DNA of 64,000 nucleotides, from assembly GCA_913049555.1 (NCBI GenBank), contig CAJWYM010000005.1, forward strand, positions 6,719-70,718. The letters are read 5' to 3'. The notes beneath the pieces are model-generated. The model saw only the letters and a list, made by a program, of their open reading frames with translations, was not told where the DNA came from and made no database searches. Shown here one piece after another: positions 35,978 through 44,951 of this stretch. The DNA is from an uncultured Opitutia bacterium (lineage in GTDB: Bacteria > Verrucomicrobiota > Verrucomicrobiia > Opitutales > CAJWYM01). Position 1 is the stretch's first letter. Each line of letters opens with the position of its first letter. The position numbers and the translations under genes are program-made.

Positions 35978-35991
35978 TAATTTCGAAACTA
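35978..35991. promoter_or_regulatory. LacI-type operator-like 14-bp palindrome with central CG (TAATTTCGAAACTA)
   Basis: 5 of 6 half-site positions are symmetric around a central CG. It lies about 175 nt upstream of the GPH transporter start at 35804, and only one copy was seen. Confidence 0.25.
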
Positions 35992-36027
35992 AATCGGGGT
36001 TCAAAAACAAAATCTCAATTCTTAAAA

Positions 36028-38439
36028 TTAGATGGATTGGATCAAGTATCGGCCGGGTTTCGCTTGAAAAGTCCCATCTTGATTAGCCACTTCTAGCGGA
36101 TCTCCTCCATCCAGTCTATAAACCTCCATAGTATTTTTCAATCCGGGCAATTGAATAGTAATTGGCATCAATCTTTCCTTATCGACAAGAACCGCTGGGC
36201 TTCTTTTTCTTTTATCAAACTTAAAAATTCCAGGTGTAAACTCCGCATGTGGTTTTAATTCTAACAACCAAGAAACCCTGCCGGTTCGCTCCTCAATTTT
36301 CTTTTCTATAAAATACAGACCCTTTCCTTGATATTTGATAAAAGGGGAATCTCCGTATCCAATAATCTTTAAGACACTTTTTTGTTCTCCTAAAAATTCT
36401 GAGGATACATCTCCAGTATGAATAAAAATCTCTTCCGAGGAATAAGCACTTAAATCCTCGGTAAATGAAAAATGAGCATTCTTGGATCGATCCGAAAAAT
36501 CCGTCGTTGTTTGATAATTAATATATCGTGGAGTTTCATAAAAGATTTCTCTAGCAACTAAAAAACTCGCTGCTTTTCTTGGAGTTGTCATCAAATTTAA
36601 ATTGTGAGACACATTTTTTGACATGAACTGCCCAATATTTCCCATATTGTAAGTCCACATAGTTGCAATTTGAGCACCCTGTGCGCGAAAATATTTAGCC
36701 ATAGCTGGGTATAGGTAGGTTGTTTGATTGTGCCAAGTCTCAAACTCATAAACGATAGAAGACTTTCGACCCTTGAAGCGATCCTCTGTCAACCAAGACT
36801 GGTAATCTGGAAGTTTGTACGATTTTTTTAAATAGGGTAAATAATTCTTTTTTTCCAGACCATGCTCTTTATCATTCAAATGGTCTTCATCACTATCATT
36901 TTGCCCAGGATAAGTGGAAAAGGAAACCATATCGACCTCAGAGTCAGCAGCTGCCCGAAAAGCCTCTGGTCCCTGATGCTTAGGACCTTGTGACCAATAA
37001 AGATTCCAACAAGTAATCGCTGGAACTTTTTCTCGATCTAGCAAATCCTTGATTAAATTTATATATTTCTTGATCGATTCATATTTATAAGTCGAATAAT
37101 TCCTATTGTTGACCTCTTTATTTCGTGAAGAACACCACTTTTTAAGTGCTTCATATCCTTCAGGAAATTCTCTTTCTCTAGGAATTTCTTTGGGCCATCC
37201 GGGCTCATTGATCAGCTCAGCTACAATCCAAGCAGGATTGTTTTTATAAAGACGATTTTGATCGTAGGGATTCTTTCGGTTCACAAACTGCTTGATATAG
37301 TTTTCGCTTGCTTTTAAGAATCTGGGAACGGTCATGAGTTCCCATTTATGCTCTTTCAGTCGACTGTTGAAAAATGAATTTTTAACATGATTTCCAAGAT
37401 GATTTAAGAGGGCAAAGTTTATATAAATCCCTCTTTTTACACATTCAGCCATAGTATAATCCACCATGTCGAGCCATTCATTTTCTACTAAATTACCATT
37501 CTCATCGGTGAAATCACCGGGACCCAAATGGATTCTTATCACATCACATCCCATTTGCTGAATTTCATCGAATCCTCGATCTGTAATAACCTTCCAATCC
37601 TCTAAATTAAATTTTGAAAAATCTCTTGCTAATCGTCTGTATCGATTGAATTCCCAAGACATAGCAGACTGAAAATTCACGCCCCATAATTTTACCTCTT
37701 CACCATCCTCAAAGTAGAGCGTTCCCTCTTTTACAAATACAGATTGAAACTTTGAATCCAATTCTAGCTTGGACCTATTGGATTTAAGACTTGGCTTCAC
37801 AATTTTAGATTCTGGTAATAATTGGTTCAAGGGATTAGCCTTGTCGACAACGGGTTTTACAAGTTCCGTGAGAGCAGAAATTGTCTCGGGATCAAAAGAT
37901 GGAGTTGTAGGGTTTGAAAAAGCGTTTTTATCAGATTTAGTAAATCCCTCAGAATTAGTTTTAATTGTTAAATTATCAGTTTGTTCCGTCACATCAGTTA
38001 ATACACTTTGTTCATTCAGCGTTTCGTTGGATTCAAAATCTTTCTCGCTTACAGACAAAAGATCCCTCTCCGTTTCAGAAGAATCTAGGAATTTTAAAAC
38101 GAAATAACCTCCAGAAATTATAAGAATAAAGATTAAAAAAATGGAGGCAACGAACCCCCAAGAAAAAAAAGAACGGCCCGAATCGTTTTTTTCAGTGGTA
38201 ACGACCTTCGATTTAGAAGCTGGTTTTTTATTTTTGTTTTTGGAAGATTTCTCTTTATTTAATTTTAGGTTTTGTTGCCTCTCCATCCAATCCCCAATGA
38301 GATGCCAGTTTTCTCCATCCGTGCACAAATAATCTGAGTCAAGAACGGATCCCTCCTCAAGCAAAGCTTTCAATTCAGAAAGACGATAGGGTCCGTAAGT
38401 CTCTTCGTCAGCGAGAGTATGTATAAAAATAGATGCCAT
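36028..38439 (-). CDS. GYF_2(DUF4339)-like N-terminal domain + single TM + clan GH-A (GH5-like) TIM-barrel glycoside hydrolase
   Basis: The N-terminus is YGPYRLSELKALLEEG.....YLCTDGENWHLIGDW. The TM segment FFSWGFVASIFLIFILIISGGYFVL covers aa ~91-117. The catalytic region is DVIRIHLGPGDF.DENGN...WLDMVDY....C.KRGIYI, with AELINEPGWP (NEP acid/base motif) and VYEFETW. It is paralogous to 40071..41876. Confidence 0.6.
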   Translation of the reverse strand: MASIFIHTLADEETYGPYRLSELKALLEEGSVLDSDYLCTDGENWHLIGDWMERQQNLKLNKEKSSKNKNKKPASKSKVVTTEKNDSGRSFFSWGFVASIFLIFILIISGGYFVLKFLDSSETERDLLSVSEKDFESNETLNEQSVLTDVTEQTDNLTIKTNSEGFTKSDKNAFSNPTTPSFDPETISALTELVKPVVDKANPLNQLLPESKIVKPSLKSNRSKLELDSKFQSVFVKEGTLYFEDGEEVKLWGVNFQSAMSWEFNRYRRLARDFSKFNLEDWKVITDRGFDEIQQMGCDVIRIHLGPGDFTDENGNLVENEWLDMVDYTMAECVKRGIYINFALLNHLGNHVKNSFFNSRLKEHKWELMTVPRFLKASENYIKQFVNRKNPYDQNRLYKNNPAWIVAELINEPGWPKEIPREREFPEGYEALKKWCSSRNKEVNNRNYSTYKYESIKKYINLIKDLLDREKVPAITCWNLYWSQGPKHQGPEAFRAAADSEVDMVSFSTYPGQNDSDEDHLNDKEHGLEKKNYLPYLKKSYKLPDYQSWLTEDRFKGRKSSIVYEFETWHNQTTYLYPAMAKYFRAQGAQIATMWTYNMGNIGQFMSKNVSHNLNLMTTPRKAASFLVAREIFYETPRYINYQTTTDFSDRSKNAHFSFTEDLSAYSSEEIFIHTGDVSSEFLGEQKSVLKIIGYGDSPFIKYQGKGLYFIEKKIEERTGRVSWLLELKPHAEFTPGIFKFDKRKRSPAVLVDKERLMPITIQLPGLKNTMEVYRLDGGDPLEVANQDGTFQAKPGRYLIQSI

Positions 38440-38473
38440 CTCTATATAAATTGAAATTTATAAGGAACGAGGA

Positions 38474-40051
38474 TTACTTTTTTGGTTTAATCTCAGCAAA
38501 CGTATGCGGCATCTTTTCTAAAGATTGAGCCAACAGTGTCTTCATCTTCTTCAATTGAGGGGCGTATTCAGGATTTTTAAAGAGATTGTTTTGCTCTCTA
38601 GCATCCTGTTTTCTATCGTAGAGTTGGTCAAAGTCATAATAGTGCTGCGGGTAGTATCTCACTCCATTCTTTCTGAAATTTTTACTCGCTGATGAGGCGT
38701 TGTAATTTACATTTGTAAGTCCCCCTTGTTTTTCAATCTCCGGAAGTTCAAAGTCTGGAAATCTCAAGGCGATATATTTCCAATCTTTGGTCATAATCGC
38801 CCTACCGTATCCGACTTCCAACATCAAATGTTGACGGACTGGCTCTTTATTTCCTTTGAGTAATGAATAAATACTCACTCCGTCAAAAGGATCTTCCACA
38901 GAGAATCTTGCCATCTCTAAGAGAGTCGGAGCCACATCAATGTTAGCCACGTATTCACTGCAAACTTGATCCTTAGCAATTACTTTCGGCCACTTCACAA
39001 AATAGGGCACTTGAGCACCTCCATCATACAAGGCCTCCTTTGCATAATTGCCATGGTCGCTGATAAAAAAAACAGCCGTATTTTCAGTGAGTCCACATTC
39101 CTCCACTTTGTTTAGAAGCGAACCCACAGCATCATCTACCCAAAGCATTCCAGCAGAGACCTCAGGAAGACCCGCTTTTTTGATTCGCTCCAAGACACTC
39201 TTGCGACTAGGCATTCCCGACTCAGGCAAAGCGTCTAATTTTCCACCCGGAGTCAATAAAGGATCTGCATCCACTAAGGTTTCCACAATTTGCATTCCCT
39301 CACCATGAGGGAGGGTCAATGCGTAATATAGGAAAAATGGTTCCTCTTTGTTTTGCTCGATAAAATCAATCCCTCTAGCAGTCATCCACTCTGGGTTGTG
39401 ATGCGCATATTCAGAAGGATACCCGGTGCTTCCAAGGGCTCTTGCATTGTTTGAATAAAATCCATCTACAAAATCAAACCCATAATTTTTTTTGACATAT
39501 TGTACGCAATTTTGATAAAAATCTCCAATCCTCCTTTGTCCCTCCTGAGATTCCGGGCGGACTCCTTTGGGAAACCATAATTTTTCTTCTTTATATCCCC
39601 TAGGACCCCTTCCCAAATGCCATTTACCTACGATCCCTGTTTTGTATCCCGCGGCCTGTAAATGATTGGCAATTGTTTTTTCTCCTGGTCCTAAGATCGC
39701 ATTGAAATGAACATTTGCTTCTCCACCAGCTGGATAATTTCTGTTTCTCCAAGAAGATGAAGGAATGTTTTGCAGAGGTTGGGAACGACTCGCATACCTT
39801 CCAGTCAAGACACCATATCTACTTGGGGTGCAAATTGAAGAAGTCACAAAAGCTTGATTAAAAATCAATCCCTCTTTTGCTAAAAGGTCGATATTAGGAG
39901 TCAACAACTCCTTATTTCCTAGGACTCCCAACTCATCACAATCAAGATCGTCTACATAAATTACAATGATATTGGGCTTCGAGTGGGCCAGTAATAAAAA
40001 TGGATAAAAGAAGATAAAAAAAAGAGCGAACAATTTTGTGTGGGTTTTCAT
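38474..40051 (-). CDS. Cys-type sulfatase, secreted
   Basis: Signal peptide; PNIIVIYVDDLD; formylglycine motif CTPSRYGVLTGR; GKWHLG; ISDHG. Confidence 0.9.
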   Translation of the reverse strand: MKTHTKLFALFFIFFYPFLLLAHSKPNIIVIYVDDLDCDELGVLGNKELLTPNIDLLAKEGLIFNQAFVTSSICTPSRYGVLTGRYASRSQPLQNIPSSSWRNRNYPAGGEANVHFNAILGPGEKTIANHLQAAGYKTGIVGKWHLGRGPRGYKEEKLWFPKGVRPESQEGQRRIGDFYQNCVQYVKKNYGFDFVDGFYSNNARALGSTGYPSEYAHHNPEWMTARGIDFIEQNKEEPFFLYYALTLPHGEGMQIVETLVDADPLLTPGGKLDALPESGMPSRKSVLERIKKAGLPEVSAGMLWVDDAVGSLLNKVEECGLTENTAVFFISDHGNYAKEALYDGGAQVPYFVKWPKVIAKDQVCSEYVANIDVAPTLLEMARFSVEDPFDGVSIYSLLKGNKEPVRQHLMLEVGYGRAIMTKDWKYIALRFPDFELPEIEKQGGLTNVNYNASSASKNFRKNGVRYYPQHYYDFDQLYDRKQDAREQNNLFKNPEYAPQLKKMKTLLAQSLEKMPHTFAEIKPKK

Positions 40052-40070
40052 GTCTACGATTGAATCATTT

Positions 40071-41876
40071 TTACAATTTAGAACGTTTTAATTCCTCAGA
40101 AGTGACTATTAAGTATTCTCCTGAACTTCCTTCAAACTTGTAAGAACTTGAGTTTACTGAAACTGGAATTTCCTTGAAAATAGAGCCCTTCTTAAAAAGA
40201 ACTTTGTATTTTATATCGGTTGGAAACAGCGAACGGTTTAAGGAGATTGAATGTTGTTTTTCACGCAGTTCCAAAACGGGCTCCCCAGTATGCAATTCAT
40301 TCCAATGAGGATTTATGTAGAATCGATCTGGATATACAGTAAATCGAAAAGATTCATTTTCTTCTTTTTCCAGAAAATACAATCCATTGCCACTGTATTC
40401 AATTAGAGAGGAACTCCCGGTTCCTACAATTTTGTCAAAATCTTTGGCTCTTTCAGAGAAATCCTTTGACAATCCATTGCTGTAAATCAATTCGTTCTCA
40501 AAATTAGAATGAGAGTGATTCTCTGGGAAAGACCATTCTGCAAAAGAAAGCCGATCGTCTTGAGGAGAAGTCGTTAGATAAGCACTTCCAACAGGCAGTT
40601 TTTTGAAAACTTGCTTGGCAACCATAAAGGAAGCGGCTTTGTTGGGGGATCCTTTCAAAGAGAATGCATGCGTTCCTCCCCGATGAGTAAAATAACTGGA
40701 GAGTGCATAAGTCCACTGGGCTGCGATTTGAACTCCTAAAGAACGAAACAGTTTTGCCATTGCAGGATACATATAACCCGTTTGTTGACAGATCGTTTCA
40801 TACTCATAGACCACTTTTACCATTTTTTTAAAACGAGAATCCTTCAAATATCCCAAATAATTCCACTCCTCATAACAACTTTGCAAATAGGGTAGAAAAT
40901 TGGTTCCATCCAAATTCTCCGTATTGGCCCACATAGGGGGTTTCAATTGGTCTTGACCTGGATAGTTACAAAAAGAGATTCCATCTACTTTAGAATCCGC
41001 AATAGCATCATAAACATCCAATTTACCACTGATATTTTTGGGCCAATTTGCATTCCATATCACTGGAATTTCAAGGCCTTCTTCACGAAATAAATCCACC
41101 ATTTCATTTAGATAATTAAGCGTTGCTCGATATCGGTACGCAGAGAAGTCGTCTTTAGATTTTTCGGGATTTTTCTTAGACCATTTCTGAAAACGAATAA
41201 AAGCAGGTTCATTGATAGGCTCAACCAAGGCTAGAGATTCAGTTTCTTTATAAAGAATGTTGGAATAAGGGTTGGTGCGGTTTAAAAGTTGACGAATGAA
41301 GTTCTTGGAAGCTCTTACAGTTTCTAGATCATAAATCCAATCCTCCCTAGGTTTGGTGGAAAAAGAATCGGCGATCGGCCGAAATTGAGTCCCCTCATGG
41401 GCGAGTTCATTGATAAAAGTCAAATAGACATAGAAGCCTCGATTGGTGGCTTGAGAAATTGTATAATCCAACATATCTAACCATATATTTTGAACCAGAT
41501 TCCCGTCTCTATCCGAAAAATCTGAGGGAGCCAGATGGATTCGAATCAACTCAGCACCTAACAATTCTATTTCTTCAAAACTCTCATCCGTGGTTTTTTT
41601 TAAGTCTTTGGATCGCAAAGGCATCAAAACCTTTTGATTTTCCATGTAAGCAGCATGTTCGAAACTTAAACTTGGCTGGAAATTAATCCCAAATAGATTC
41701 ACCTTAGACCCATCCTCGTAAAAAAGAGTCCCTTCTCTAGCAAATATTTTTAGAAAATTACCCTTGCCATTTAAATCTGTAAGATTTACCAAAATGAACC
41801 CTATAAAAGCCAATTTGTAGAATAAAATGGGTATATTAAACATTCCTGATAGGAAATTTTTAAAAATGAAATTCAT
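40071..41876 (-). CDS. clan GH-A (GH5-like) TIM-barrel glycoside hydrolase, signal-anchored
   Basis: ELIRIHLAPSDFSDRDGN...WLDMLDYTISQATNRGFYVY, LVEPINEPAF, VYEYETI. It is collinear with 36028..38439 over the catalytic and C-terminal beta-sandwich-like regions. Confidence 0.6.
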   Translation of the reverse strand: MNFIFKNFLSGMFNIPILFYKLAFIGFILVNLTDLNGKGNFLKIFAREGTLFYEDGSKVNLFGINFQPSLSFEHAAYMENQKVLMPLRSKDLKKTTDESFEEIELLGAELIRIHLAPSDFSDRDGNLVQNIWLDMLDYTISQATNRGFYVYLTFINELAHEGTQFRPIADSFSTKPREDWIYDLETVRASKNFIRQLLNRTNPYSNILYKETESLALVEPINEPAFIRFQKWSKKNPEKSKDDFSAYRYRATLNYLNEMVDLFREEGLEIPVIWNANWPKNISGKLDVYDAIADSKVDGISFCNYPGQDQLKPPMWANTENLDGTNFLPYLQSCYEEWNYLGYLKDSRFKKMVKVVYEYETICQQTGYMYPAMAKLFRSLGVQIAAQWTYALSSYFTHRGGTHAFSLKGSPNKAASFMVAKQVFKKLPVGSAYLTTSPQDDRLSFAEWSFPENHSHSNFENELIYSNGLSKDFSERAKDFDKIVGTGSSSLIEYSGNGLYFLEKEENESFRFTVYPDRFYINPHWNELHTGEPVLELREKQHSISLNRSLFPTDIKYKVLFKKGSIFKEIPVSVNSSSYKFEGSSGEYLIVTSEELKRSKL

Positions 41877-42063
41877 GAAGATTTGTTTTCTGGTCTAGGT
41901 TCTTTAAATGGTCTCAAACACTATTCTTATATTTATCAGCTTTTTTATTTTGTCAATAAACATAACTGATTTATTCATCATTTAATTATAATTGTTAAAC
42001 ATTTGACAAGATTGAAAGCTTGTGCTCCTTTGATAAGGGAACCCAGAACTTAATATTTTTATC

Positions 42064-43890
42064 ATGAAGCCTATCTTTTATTTGTATTTAGCCTCCACCC
42101 TATCCATGGTTTTATCCATTTGCTTGGCAGTAGAAAAACCCAACATCATTCTTATTTTGACCGATGATCAAGGATATGATGATTATGGCTTTAGAATTCC
42201 AGAATTAGATACGCCTCATTTAGATAAGATTTGTACTCAAGGGGTTCGCTTCGATCGTTTTTATACAGCCTCAGCCTGCGCTCCAACCCGATCTGCACTC
42301 ATGACCGGTAGAAACTTCTTAAAAACTGGCACTTCAGCCGTTGGATACGGAGCGGAATCTCCTCACCTTGATGAATATCTATTGGGCCAAGCCATGCAAG
42401 ATGCAGGTTATAAAACTGCCCTGATGGGTAAATGGAATCTTGGGCTTGCAGATGCAGACCTGCCTTCAAGGCGAGGTTTTGATGAAACCTGGCCCATTAT
42501 TCGCGAAGATGTCAGAAGTTATGGCCGATATGAACACTTCAATGCGCCTTTTTTTCATAATGGAGAATATTCGGGACGAGAGGACGGCTGGCAAGTGGAA
42601 GTGGTGACCAACAAAGCAATCCAATTTATTGAAGAAAATAAAAACAATCCTTTCTTTCTTTATATTCCCTATGCACAACCGCATGAACCTTGGTTGTGCC
42701 CCAAGGATCTACAAGATAAATATCGGTCCCTTGGTTTCAGTCCCGAATACTCTATGTTCCTTGGCATGATGGAACAGCTTGACCAACAAATAGGAAGAGT
42801 GCTTGCAAGTGTTGAAAAAGAAAACTTATCCGAGAATACGGTCGTTCTTTTTTTCGGAGACAATGGACCCACCCCAACCACTCGATATTTAGAGAAACAA
42901 GAGGATGGTCATTACAAACTTGTTCCAGGCTATTACACGATGACCGATGAAGAATGGTCCCATCGAAACCCAAGCGGACTTAGGGAAAAAAAAGCTACTG
43001 GCTGGGAAAATGCCATGAGGAACCGTTTGTCCATTTATTGTCCCTCCAAATTCAAACCAAAAGTCATCCATGACATGACTCTAGTAATGGATGTTTATCC
43101 AACGGTTCTTGAACTTGCAGATCATTCATTCAATCATCCAACTCACAAACTAGATGGTAAAAGTCTAATCCCCTTGATATCTGGCAATACGGATTGGAAT
43201 GAGAGAAGTTATTTTACAGGAGAAACAGGTAAACCTGAGCAATCTCTTTCCGAAGATGGATGGAATTATCGTTTTACCAAAGAGAGCCTTCCACTGGATC
43301 AAAGAAGCACCTGCTTTATCCAAGGAGACTGGGTGGTGGTTTATCACCTAGGCGAATGGGGCTTGTTCAATGTCAAAGAAGATCTAGGACAAAAAAACGA
43401 CCTCAAAAAACAAATGCCAGAGAAATTTTTATCCATGAAAGAAGGATTTTATGAAGAGTGGTCTCATATTTTAGAAGACAAACATGCTTACTCAGATCCT
43501 GTTCAAATAATTGGCCTGGAGGGGGTCAAAACCTCCTATGTGGAAATTGAAGGGGCCTACCGTTTCAAGGGGAAAAACAACACTACTTGGGCAAATACTT
43601 TCTTTTATGAAGTCGGCGCTACTCAAGAACTGAAAATAAGGTCTGAAAGTAAGAGCAGCTATAAATTAACGCTCCGAGCAGTTGGAGTTCCTGAAGATAC
43701 TGAAATCTCTTTATCCGCAGGAGAAACAACCAAGAAAATCATGCTCAATGAAGGTAAAAATTATCACTATCTAGGAACCTTTGATTTTCTCCAAGGCGAT
43801 CAAACAATCCGCTTGTCTCTCTTAAAAACAAGAGATCTGAAGCAGATTAAGAAAATGGAATTGTTCAGCCTCAACTTAGAAAAAATTTAA
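42064..43890 (+). CDS. Cys-type sulfatase with ~140-aa C-terminal extension
   Basis: PNIILILTDDQGYDD; formylglycine motif CAPTRSALMTGR; GKWNLG; FGDNG. An extra non-sulfatase C-terminal segment runs from about aa 470. Confidence 0.9.
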   Translation: MKPIFYLYLASTLSMVLSICLAVEKPNIILILTDDQGYDDYGFRIPELDTPHLDKICTQGVRFDRFYTASACAPTRSALMTGRNFLKTGTSAVGYGAESPHLDEYLLGQAMQDAGYKTALMGKWNLGLADADLPSRRGFDETWPIIREDVRSYGRYEHFNAPFFHNGEYSGREDGWQVEVVTNKAIQFIEENKNNPFFLYIPYAQPHEPWLCPKDLQDKYRSLGFSPEYSMFLGMMEQLDQQIGRVLASVEKENLSENTVVLFFGDNGPTPTTRYLEKQEDGHYKLVPGYYTMTDEEWSHRNPSGLREKKATGWENAMRNRLSIYCPSKFKPKVIHDMTLVMDVYPTVLELADHSFNHPTHKLDGKSLIPLISGNTDWNERSYFTGETGKPEQSLSEDGWNYRFTKESLPLDQRSTCFIQGDWVVVYHLGEWGLFNVKEDLGQKNDLKKQMPEKFLSMKEGFYEEWSHILEDKHAYSDPVQIIGLEGVKTSYVEIEGAYRFKGKNNTTWANTFFYEVGATQELKIRSESKSSYKLTLRAVGVPEDTEISLSAGETTKKIMLNEGKNYHYLGTFDFLQGDQTIRLSLLKTRDLKQIKKMELFSLNLEKI

Positions 43891-43913
43891 GTTTTCAAAC
43901 CCATTGGATTGAA

Positions 43914-44951
43914 CTATTCAAAAAAGTCCCACTCCAATGGGGTCCCTTTTTCAATTCTAACCCTCGCTTTTTTACCCATAATTTCTGACAAAAAACGTGG
44001 GGCGATCCCTTGAGCGGGTCGGATAGAACGGAAATTCTTTTCTGTCATCCTCTCCCCTTTCTCAATATCTTCAACAGCAAACAAGGATCGTCGGAAGGGA
44101 CGGTTGAGCTTTTCTTTTTCGGTGACTTCATAGGAAACGGTTCCCATAGACTTTTCAGTGGTTCTAACAGCCTCCACTAGTGCTTTCATCTCTGCTGGTT
44201 CTAATGAGAACGCAGCATCTGGCCCCCCCTCCTTTCGATCCAGTGTAAAATGTTTCTCAATAATTGAAGCACCCAAAGCCACAGAAACGACTGCTGAAGT
44301 GAGCCCTAAAGTATGATCCGACAAACCCACTGGAAGATTGAATCGAGAGGCTAGATCTTGAAGGGTTCGCAAGTTCATCTCCTCTGCTGGAGCCGGATAG
44401 GCACTCGTGCATTTCAAAAGTGCCAATTCTTTGCAACCGGATTTGATTGCGGTATGAACCGCTCGCTCAATTTCAGTCAAACTTGCCATACCTGTGGACA
44501 TAATGACCGGTTTTTTAGTTTTACAAACATACTCAATCAGGGGAAGGTCTACGAGCTCAGCAGAGGCAATTTTATAAGCTGGAACCTCCATTTTTTCTAA
44601 AAAATCAACCGATGTATAATCAAAAGGGCTGGAAAAGCAAGCCATCCCCAGATCTTCAGCTAAACCCTTCAACTTAGGCTGCCATTCCCAAGGAGTATAA
44701 GCTTCTTTATAAAGATCATACAAAGTCCGACCCTCCCACAGGGTGCCCTTAGAAACCTTGAAAAAATCTTTATCAGATTCTAGGGTGATTGTATCTGGGG
44801 TGTAGGTTTGTAGTTTGATAGCGTCTACGCCAGTCTCGGAGGCTCGTCTAACAATTTGTTCTGCTCGCTCAAAGCTTTGGTTATGATTTGCAGACAGCTC
44901 TGCTATAATATAAGTGGGACCAATTCCAATTTCAAAATCTTTAATTTTCAT
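43914..44951 (-). CDS. pseI: pseudaminic acid synthase (NeuB family)
   Basis: IAELSANHNQS.ERA..IV..A...GVDAIKLQTY..DT.T motif and a C-terminal SAF-like domain. Its context with pseB/C/G favours PseI over NeuB/LegI. Confidence 0.8.
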   Translation of the reverse strand: MKIKDFEIGIGPTYIIAELSANHNQSFERAEQIVRRASETGVDAIKLQTYTPDTITLESDKDFFKVSKGTLWEGRTLYDLYKEAYTPWEWQPKLKGLAEDLGMACFSSPFDYTSVDFLEKMEVPAYKIASAELVDLPLIEYVCKTKKPVIMSTGMASLTEIERAVHTAIKSGCKELALLKCTSAYPAPAEEMNLRTLQDLASRFNLPVGLSDHTLGLTSAVVSVALGASIIEKHFTLDRKEGGPDAAFSLEPAEMKALVEAVRTTEKSMGTVSYEVTEKEKLNRPFRRSLFAVEDIEKGERMTEKNFRSIRPAQGIAPRFLSEIMGKKARVRIEKGTPLEWDFFE

